Below, piece after piece: positions 57,659 to 64,000 of a stretch of 64,000 nucleotides of DNA. Position 1 is the first letter of the stretch, and each line of letters opens with the position of its first letter. The translations under genes were made by a program, and so were the position numbers. A model generated the notes under the pieces. The model had not been told where the DNA came from, ran no database searches, and worked only from the letters and a program-made list of their open reading frames with translations. Source of the stretch: a virus; UHGV virus genome UHGV-0247568; one strand, 5' to 3'.

Positions 57659-58066
57659 TTGAAAAAATTTTTATTAGGAATTTTATTAGTTTCAGGTTTA
57701 GTTATGGTTGGTTGTCAAAATAAAGATGAAAATAAAAATGATAAATCTTCAGAATCAACTGTTGTTTCAACTACAAAAGAGACATCAAGTGAAACTGAAG
57801 AAACAACTACAGTTGAAAATAGCGCTGAGCCTTCAGTAACAAAAACTTCTAAACAATTGGAAGAAAAACGAAAAGATGAAGCTAAACCAGATTATGAAGG
57901 AAAAATTGATAAAGAAACATATGATCAATTATATCAGTTAAATCAATATTTAACATCATTTAAAGTTTATGTATCTGGTGGAGATATGGATTCATTAATT
58001 GCGGAAGCTGGAGTTTGGAATGATCAATTTTTAAAAGATCCCAAATTGAAAGATATTTATGCATAA
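57659..58066 (+). CDS. Putative lipoprotein (TTG start)
   Basis: Signal peptide with lipobox 'LVMVGC'; Thr/Ser-rich linker. Confidence 0.5.
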   Translation: MKKFLLGILLVSGLVMVGCQNKDENKNDKSSESTVVSTTKETSSETEETTTVENSAEPSVTKTSKQLEEKRKDEAKPDYEGKIDKETYDQLYQLNQYLTSFKVYVSGGDMDSLIAEAGVWNDQFLKDPKLKDIYA

Positions 58067-58274
58067 TTAGTCACTTTAACAGATGAAACAAATGAATTAT
58101 ATTTGAACAAACAATTAACACCAGAAAAACAAAAAGAAGCTTTAGATAAAGTAGATAAAATGATTGAACAAGTTGCGATATGTCGAATGGTTCAATGTAA
58201 AAAAAATAAAAAAATATAGAAAAGGCTGTTTACAAGCAGCCTTTTTTGGTGTATAATATATTTATAGTTAATTA

Positions 58275-58415
58275 ATACATTTGAAAAGGTTAATCTGATA
58301 ACGTTTCGGAGCAACATTTTTAAAATAAAAATTAGATTTTATTTAAAAAACTGTTTACAGATTACAGTTTCTAATGTATAATAAATATATAATAAATAAA
58401 CAAATTAAAGAAAAG
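58275..58415 (+). repeat. ~145-bp regulatory cassette, copy 2 of 2 (paralog of 19940-20085)
   Basis: Hairpin gaaaaggtt...aacgtttcgg + TTTACA/TGTATAAT + conserved AAATAAACAAA leader. Confidence 0.6.
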
Positions 58416-58426
58416 AGGAAATTAAA

Positions 58427-58576
58427 ATGACTAAAGAACAACAAATCAAAATGACAGAAGAAATGTTAAAAACTTTGAGAGACCAATTATTATCAGCAAC
58501 AGATGAAGCAACTAAAACTGGTATTAAAAACATGATTGATATGGCAGTAAAAAATATCGAAGAATTAAAAAAATAA
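58427..58576 (+). CDS. Small helical protein (50 aa); paralog-like to 20088..20309
   Basis: Downstream of cassette copy 2 with AAGAGGAAA RBS; not in ORF track. Confidence 0.35.
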   Translation: MTKEQQIKMTEEMLKTLRDQLLSATDEATKTGIKNMIDMAVKNIEELKK

Positions 58577-58678
58577 TTTTTAAAAAATTTCATAAAGGCT
58601 GTTTACATTTCAGCCTTTATGTATTATAATAAATATATAATAAATAAACAAAACAAAAACAGAAAGTAGGAATTTAAA

Positions 58679-59026
58679 ATGACAAACTTATTAAATGCAA
58701 GCGAAACGAAAGCAGTAAAAATCTTGAAAGATAATTTAATCTATGATTATCAAGGATTAGTAAATGGAATTAATGATGGTGAAATTGAAATGCAAGAATG
58801 GTTAGATAATTTCGACTATGAAATTTTAATTCAGTCAGCAGAACAAGAATTTAATAAAGCATATAAAAATAGATATTTAACAAACAATATGAATGGCACC
58901 ACACTTGAAATCAAACACATTAATTTCTCTGGTAAAGATAAGAAAAAATTAATTTTTGAAACAGCGGCTGCATTAGCATTTGTAAAACTTGATAATGATT
59001 GGAAAACTGGAAATTTATTTTTCTAA
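58679..59026 (+). CDS. Hypothetical protein
   Basis: 115 aa. Confidence 0.4.
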   Translation: MTNLLNASETKAVKILKDNLIYDYQGLVNGINDGEIEMQEWLDNFDYEILIQSAEQEFNKAYKNRYLTNNMNGTTLEIKHINFSGKDKKKLIFETAAALAFVKLDNDWKTGNLFF

Positions 59027-59030
59027 AATG

Positions 59031-59072
59031 TTTACAATCTACTGTGGATATGATATAATATATCCACAGTAG
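59031..59072 (+). promoter_or_regulatory. Promoter of sigma-factor gene with a 12-bp inverted repeat (CTACTGTGGATA / TATCCACAGTAG) bracketing the -10 element: candidate operator
   Basis: 'tttacaatctactgtggatatgatataatatatccacagtag'. Confidence 0.5.
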
Positions 59073-59106
59073 TAATTAATTTAAATGAAATGGAGAGTAT
59101 ATATCA

Positions 59107-59742
59107 ATGAACAAATTATTTTTATTAAACACAGAAAATGGAATTAAAAAAGTTAGCATGTCTTATAACGATCTTTATGATCATTTTTTCAATATGATTC
59201 AAAACGAAACTTGGAAAATCACTAGAGTTTATTCTAACAGTATTGATAGAGATGAAGTAGAGCAACAATTTACAATTGAATTATGGTATGCATTTGAAAA
59301 TTATGATATTGCAACGGGGAACTGTATTTCAACATATATTTTCCATAGATTTAAAAAAGCAAAACGTGATTTATTATATCCTATTCTTCAATCTAAACGC
59401 AATAAATGGAATAATACTAATGTATCTTCATTAAATGCAAAATTGAGTGAAGACGATAAATATGATTCTTCAAATAAAAAATTTGAAAATGATGAAACAT
59501 ATCAGCAAATGGAAAATAGTGGAGCTGAAGTGTTGCTAAAAGATGAAGCATTAGTTGATTTAATTTTATCACATTTTAAATCTGAAGCAGAATTAGATTT
59601 AATTCGAATTTTAATCGATAAGAAAAGTTTCAGTGTTGTGAATTATGCAGAAAAATGGTCAATCTCACGTGTTGCTGCAAATAATCGAGTTAAAAAAATG
59701 AAAGAAAAAATGGCAGAAATTTTAATAAATGAATGGCTATAA
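59107..59742 (+). CDS. Phage-encoded alternative sigma factor (sigma-70 family, regions 2 and 4)
   Basis: 'DEVEQQFTIELWYAFENYD...CISTYIFHRFKKAKRDLL' (region 2) and C-terminal 'SFSVVNYAEKWSISRVAANNRVKKMKEKM' (region 4 HTH). Confidence 0.55.
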   Translation: MNKLFLLNTENGIKKVSMSYNDLYDHFFNMIQNETWKITRVYSNSIDRDEVEQQFTIELWYAFENYDIATGNCISTYIFHRFKKAKRDLLYPILQSKRNKWNNTNVSSLNAKLSEDDKYDSSNKKFENDETYQQMENSGAEVLLKDEALVDLILSHFKSEAELDLIRILIDKKSFSVVNYAEKWSISRVAANNRVKKMKEKMAEILINEWL

Positions 59743-59756
59743 TTGGAGGAATCAAA

Positions 59757-59954
59757 ATGACTGTAGATGAATTATATAAAAAATTAGGTGAAATTTTAAA
59801 AGAAGGTGAAGTAAGGGAAAGTTCTCCAGTTTGGTTTATTGATGGCGATGATGAATTAATAGCTGTCCAAAACTTAGAAATTGACCCTGATGGAGATATA
59901 ATTTTAACAATGTGGGATGAAAATGGATTATATAAAAGTAAACACATATTATAA
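59757..59954 (+). CDS. Hypothetical protein (65 aa)
   Basis: GGAGGAA RBS before ATG 59757 (track ORF starts upstream at an alternative start). Confidence 0.4.
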   Translation: MTVDELYKKLGEILKEGEVRESSPVWFIDGDDELIAVQNLEIDPDGDIILTMWDENGLYKSKHIL

Positions 59955-59967
59955 GGAGGAAAAATAG

Positions 59968-60174
59968 ATGGCCTTAAGTTTTTTAATGACAATTGGTATA
60001 TTTTTATTTGCTGGATTAATTGTTTGTTTTGTGGAAGGATACGACAGATTGGAAAGATATATCAAATGGCGTTGGAATTTTGATATTGGGCCGTGGTTTT
60101 TATTTTTAATACTTTTCTTGGTGCTTTGGCTTTTAATGTATGGAATTGTTAAAAGCGGAGGGTTTACACTTTAA
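59968..60174 (+). CDS. Small membrane protein
   Basis: 68 aa, 2 TM. Confidence 0.4.
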   Translation: MALSFLMTIGIFLFAGLIVCFVEGYDRLERYIKWRWNFDIGPWFLFLILFLVLWLLMYGIVKSGGFTL

Positions 60175-60222
60175 TCATTATATGATATAATATAAAAAAG
60201 ATATAAAGAAAGAGGAATATTA

Positions 60223-62163
60223 ATGACAGATAAAATTAAAAAATTAGACGACCGTGCACAAGCTAGGGAAAAACTGAGCATATGGTATGGGTCACGAGAT
60301 AATTTCTACCACGGTGTAAAAGAGCTAATTGCAAACGCGGCAGATGAATTAAGAAATCACGCTAGTGAGCCTGGTAAAATTGAAGTCACTTTATCAAATG
60401 ATAATAAAAGAATTATGGTTAGTGACAACGGTAGAGGCATTCGAATTGGTGGTGAAACAGATGGTGAAAAAAATTATGATTTATTATTCCGCACTTTATT
60501 TGCTGGGACAAAATATGATGTAACTGAAAATGTAACCACGGGCACAAATGGAGTTGGTACAACCGTATTAAATTACACTTCAAAACTATTTGCAGTTATG
60601 TCTCACTATGATAATAAAGTACATAAAGTACGATTTATCAATGGTGGGGAATTAGATGGCGAATACATGGAAAAAGATTTAAATGAAATTAAAGATGCGC
60701 ATGGTTCAACATTTGTGGTTGAATTAGATGAAGCTATTTATACACATACACAGTTCGATCCTAATCATATTGAAGAAATCGTAAAACATTTTGCTGTAGC
60801 TTCACCTGGAATTGAATATAATTTTTTCCATGACACAGGTGAAGAAACAAGTTTAGTATCATTTAAATATGAAGGAATTCGTGATCGTTTTGATGAATTA
60901 GTTGGTTCCACCACAACATCAGGTATTTTCACACTAGGTGAAGTAGAAAATGTGAGCGATGTGTCTCAGATTGACGGCCAGGTGGTAACTGAGAAAAACA
61001 AATATAATATTATATTAACGACTTCTCCAGATACACACCAGGAATCATATTTAAATATGACTTGGTTAGAAGAAGGCGGAGCGATTAATGATGGTGTACT
61101 AGATGGTGTTCGATTATATATGAATAAATATTGTCGAGCTAAAAAATTATTTCCTAAAAAAGTAACTGCATTTAATAAAGAAGATATTGAAAATTCACTA
61201 TCATTTATCGCTGTAGTTGAATCAAATATTGTTGAATTTAGTAACCAAACTAAATTAAGTACAAATAAGAAAAAATATAAAGATGAAGTAAAAAATTATG
61301 TTGAAAATTTATTAACTGCAATGGAAGCTCAACAACCAAAAGAGTTCAATAAATTTGTTGACCATTTATTAACAGTGCAAAAAGCAAATGGAGCAAATGA
61401 TCGAGCTCGTCAAAAATTGAAAAAGCAATTAACTGAAAAGGTAACAGGTATCGGAAACAAGATTGAAAAATTAATTGATTGTGAAATTCATGGATTAGAT
61501 GCTGAACTATTTTTAACAGAAGGTGATTCAGCAAATGGATCGATTGTGGACAGCCGTGATGATCATTTTCAAGCAGCATTTCCATTACGTGGTAAAGTGT
61601 TAAACGTTTTACGTGCATCACCTGAAGATATTTTCAAAAATAAAGAAATTGTAAATATGATCAAAATTATTGGAACAGGTATTCAATTTGGTAAAAAAGA
61701 TGATTTTGATATTGATAATTTACGATTTGGAAAAATTATTATTACAACAGATGCTGATGCAGATGGTGGACATATCATGTCACTATTAGTTGCTTTTATT
61801 TATCGGTTTATGAAACCATTATTAGAAAAAGGACATGTGTATGTTGCACAAACGCCTTTGTATGAATTGAAATTTAGTGATGATTCTGTAGTTTACTTTT
61901 TAACTGAAGATGAAAAAAATAAAAATATTGGTAAATATGAAGGTCAAAAATATACGATTAATCGCTTAAAAGGATTAGGTGAAGTCGATGCGGAAACAAT
62001 GGAAGCAACGACTATGAATCCAGAAACACGTAATCTTATTCAATTAACAACAGAAAAAGCAGAAGATTTTCTAATGATAGATAAATGGATGAACGATGAT
62101 GTTGAACCAAGAAAAGAAATGATTAACGATCAGCTTGCAAATTATGTGCATGACATTGATTAG
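60223..62163 (+). CDS. Type II DNA topoisomerase ATPase/TOPRIM subunit (GyrB/ParE/T4 gp39-like)
   Basis: GHKL 'ELIANAADE', 'SDNGRGI', TOPRIM 'ELFLTEGDSANGS', 'IITTDADADGGHI'. Confidence 0.8.
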   Translation: MTDKIKKLDDRAQAREKLSIWYGSRDNFYHGVKELIANAADELRNHASEPGKIEVTLSNDNKRIMVSDNGRGIRIGGETDGEKNYDLLFRTLFAGTKYDVTENVTTGTNGVGTTVLNYTSKLFAVMSHYDNKVHKVRFINGGELDGEYMEKDLNEIKDAHGSTFVVELDEAIYTHTQFDPNHIEEIVKHFAVASPGIEYNFFHDTGEETSLVSFKYEGIRDRFDELVGSTTTSGIFTLGEVENVSDVSQIDGQVVTEKNKYNIILTTSPDTHQESYLNMTWLEEGGAINDGVLDGVRLYMNKYCRAKKLFPKKVTAFNKEDIENSLSFIAVVESNIVEFSNQTKLSTNKKKYKDEVKNYVENLLTAMEAQQPKEFNKFVDHLLTVQKANGANDRARQKLKKQLTEKVTGIGNKIEKLIDCEIHGLDAELFLTEGDSANGSIVDSRDDHFQAAFPLRGKVLNVLRASPEDIFKNKEIVNMIKIIGTGIQFGKKDDFDIDNLRFGKIIITTDADADGGHIMSLLVAFIYRFMKPLLEKGHVYVAQTPLYELKFSDDSVVYFLTEDEKNKNIGKYEGQKYTINRLKGLGEVDAETMEATTMNPETRNLIQLTTEKAEDFLMIDKWMNDDVEPRKEMINDQLANYVHDID

Positions 62164-62245
62164 AATTTTGGGAAAAGTAGTTTACTTTTCCCCATTTTCT
62201 TGATATAATATAAACATAGATTAATGGAAATGAGGAATAGGAATT

Positions 62246-62455
62246 ATGTTAGATGTTTTAAATTATCAATCTAGATTAGCAATGATTAAACAACAAATGA
62301 ACGCTAATATGGATATTATTATTTTTTTAAGCTGTAAACAAACATTGGAAAAAGAAGAAATTGATGAGTTACAAAGTAGATTAAAAGCGCATTATAGCTT
62401 AGCTCATAAATTTCAAGCTATTGTTGAAAAACGTATTAAAATGGAGGAAGAATAG
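62246..62455 (+). CDS. Small hypothetical protein between topoisomerase subunit genes
   Basis: 69 aa. Confidence 0.35.
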   Translation: MLDVLNYQSRLAMIKQQMNANMDIIIFLSCKQTLEKEEIDELQSRLKAHYSLAHKFQAIVEKRIKMEEE

Positions 62456-64000
62456 ATGATTAATAAAGTTGGTTTAGGCGAACAATTAAACGATGCAATG
62501 ATGGGTATGAGTGCATACACTATTTTGCAACGTGCAATTCCTGATTTTCGTGATGGTTTTAAACCAGTAAATAGACGTATTATTACTTCAATGCTTTTAA
62601 ATAAGACTTTCAATTTTACTAAAAGCGCAACTGTTGAAGGACGTGTAATGCAACTTCATCCACATGGAGGATCATATGGCTCAATCGTTGGATTAGTTCA
62701 AAAAGATCGAAATAGTCTTCCATTTTTAACTGGAAAAGGAAGTTGGGGACAATATACGTCAAGTGATCAACAACCAGCAGCAGCACGATATACTGAAGTG
62801 AAATTAGGTAAAAATGCATTAGAAGTAACAAAAGAATTAAAAGAAAAAAGCGTTGATTATGTACCAAATTACGACGGAACAATCAGTGTTCCAGAAGTTC
62901 TACCTGTGACATATCCATCAATTTTAACTCAATCACAAAGTGGTATTGCAAATGGTTTTGCAACTTCTATTTTATCATATAATATTCATGAGTTATATGA
63001 TATGATTGATGATATTTTAATGTTGCGTGGGCGAACAAAACCAATTTATCCAGATTTTCCAACTGGAGCAACAATTATAAAAGATGATGAAGAAGCACTT
63101 AATGTAATTAGAACTGGACGTGGTTCATTTACAATGAGAGCGAAAATTGAAATTGATAATAATAAATTGATTGTAACTGAAATTCCGTATGGTGTAAAAC
63201 GTGAACAAATTATTAAAAAAATTATTGAATTAAATAAACGTGGAACACTGAAAGAAGTAACAGATGTTCGTGATGGTACTTCATTTAAAGGTATGAAAAT
63301 CGTAATTACAGCTAAGAAAAATACAGATATGAAAGAATTAATTGTAAAACTATATAAGCTTACTCCACTTCAATCAAAAGTTAGTGCAAATATGAACGTA
63401 TTAATTGATGGAAGATTAGAAGTTTTAGGTGTAGAAGAATTATTATTAAATTGGATTAAATGGCGCGTATCTGTGATTAAACGTGGGCTTAATAATAAAT
63501 TAACAAATATGAAAAAAGAATTGCATATTTTAGAAGGCTTACGTAAAATAGCTTCTGTTGATGAAGTTATTCGTATTGTTCGTTTTGAAGATGATGATAA
63601 AGTCGATCAATTATTAATGGAAGCATTTAATTTAACAAAAGAACAAGCTGAATATATTGGTAAAATGACATTGCGTTCATTGAATGAAAAACGTATCCAA
63701 AACAGATTAAAAGATATTGAAGATTTGGAAAATAGAATTAAAGATTTAGAAGAAACAATTGATAATGATGGACTATTAAAAGTTATTTTACAACGTCGTA
63801 TGATGGAAACAATGAAAGAAATTGATGCTCCAAAACGTAAAACTGAAATTATCACAATTGATGAAGAAAAAGAAAAAGAAGTTCATAAGATTGTGAAAGT
63901 AAAAGAAGTAGATAATGCAAAATATTTTGTGTGCTTCACTAAAAATGGATGGCTATTAAAAGGTAAAAATAAAAATGATATGGAATCACAATTGATTTTA
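62456..64000 (+). CDS. Type II DNA topoisomerase breakage-reunion subunit (GyrA/ParC/T4 gp52-like), 3'-partial
   Basis: I translated from ATG 62456 (GGAGG RBS): '...FRDGFKPVNRRIITSM...HPHGGSYGSIVG...AAARYTEVKL' (active-site Tyr region). Open to window end. Confidence 0.8.
   Translation, partial: MINKVGLGEQLNDAMMGMSAYTILQRAIPDFRDGFKPVNRRIITSMLLNKTFNFTKSATVEGRVMQLHPHGGSYGSIVGLVQKDRNSLPFLTGKGSWGQYTSSDQQPAAARYTEVKLGKNALEVTKELKEKSVDYVPNYDGTISVPEVLPVTYPSILTQSQSGIANGFATSILSYNIHELYDMIDDILMLRGRTKPIYPDFPTGATIIKDDEEALNVIRTGRGSFTMRAKIEIDNNKLIVTEIPYGVKREQIIKKIIELNKRGTLKEVTDVRDGTSFKGMKIVITAKKNTDMKELIVKLYKLTPLQSKVSANMNVLIDGRLEVLGVEELLLNWIKWRVSVIKRGLNNKLTNMKKELHILEGLRKIASVDEVIRIVRFEDDDKVDQLLMEAFNLTKEQAEYIGKMTLRSLNEKRIQNRLKDIEDLENRIKDLEETIDNDGLLKVILQRRMMETMKEIDAPKRKTEIITIDEEKEKEVHKIVKVKEVDNAKYFVCFTKNGWLLKGKNKNDMESQLIL

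Noticed and set aside
1-64000. Integrase / repressor / lysogeny module, rRNA genes, transposases
   Set aside because: Looked for Tyr/Ser recombinase motifs, CI-like repressors and IS terminal repeats on both strands; none seen in this window.

Overview
This window reads as a contiguous piece of a large, AT-rich (roughly 30% GC) tailed-phage genome from a low-GC Gram-positive host. The nucleoside-salvage genes suggest a Lactobacillales-type host.

**Layout.** Bases 1-10035 carry a leftward (minus-strand) packaging and head module: head-tail joining protein, gp6-like connector, a moron ORF, HK97-type major capsid, prohead protease, portal, a tRNA-Trp, terminase large and small subunits, and inserted GIY-YIG and HNH endonucleases. 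A roughly 2.3-kb non-coding divergent control region follows at 10036-12575, with a GC-rich structured element, AT-rich iteron-like repeats and tandem -35 boxes. Everything from 12576 to the end is a long rightward array of early and replication genes.

**Replication and DNA metabolism genes.** The array encodes two Dda/RecD-like SF1 helicases, an ATP-dependent DNA ligase, a putative SSB, a Sak4-like ATPase, a DnaB-like helicase, a DnaG-type primase with an out-of-frame Zn-finger exon, a RecJ-like DHH exonuclease, a DnaE/PolC-type (PHP-domain) DNA polymerase, RusA, RNase H, thymidine kinase, guanylate kinase, an alternative sigma factor, and a T4-like two-subunit type II topoisomerase.

**What stands out:**
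- **Cytosine-hypermodification gene set.** A T4-style set: a gp42-like dCMP hydroxymethylase (Asp at the Asn177-equivalent specificity position), a dNMP kinase, two dUTPase-family enzymes, a β-glucosyltransferase that matches T4 BGT as I recall it, and a possible second glycosyltransferase. This predicts glucosyl-hydroxymethylcytosine DNA in a non-T4-like phage.
- **CCATGG enrichment.** The palindrome CCATGG, usually extended to CTCCATGGAG, occurs about 40 times in all reading frames between 12.0 and 47.2 kb and zero times elsewhere in the window.
- **Terminator/promoter cassettes.** About 30 near-identical cassettes have the TTTACA -35 sitting in the loop of an intrinsic-terminator hairpin, followed by an extended -10 (TGATATAATATAAATATAA). 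They resemble T4 promoter-early-stem-loop elements.
- **Capsid frameshift.** A 'shifty stop' (CA AAG TAA) at the end of the capsid gene leads into a 46-codon Thr-rich open frame, suggesting a -1 frameshift extension.
- **Deoxynucleoside salvage island.** LOG-like protein, nucleoside deoxyribosyltransferase fusion, deoxynucleoside kinase, PnuC-like transporter and NrdH lie together.
- **Duplications.** Several small paralogous protein families and duplicated regulatory cassettes.
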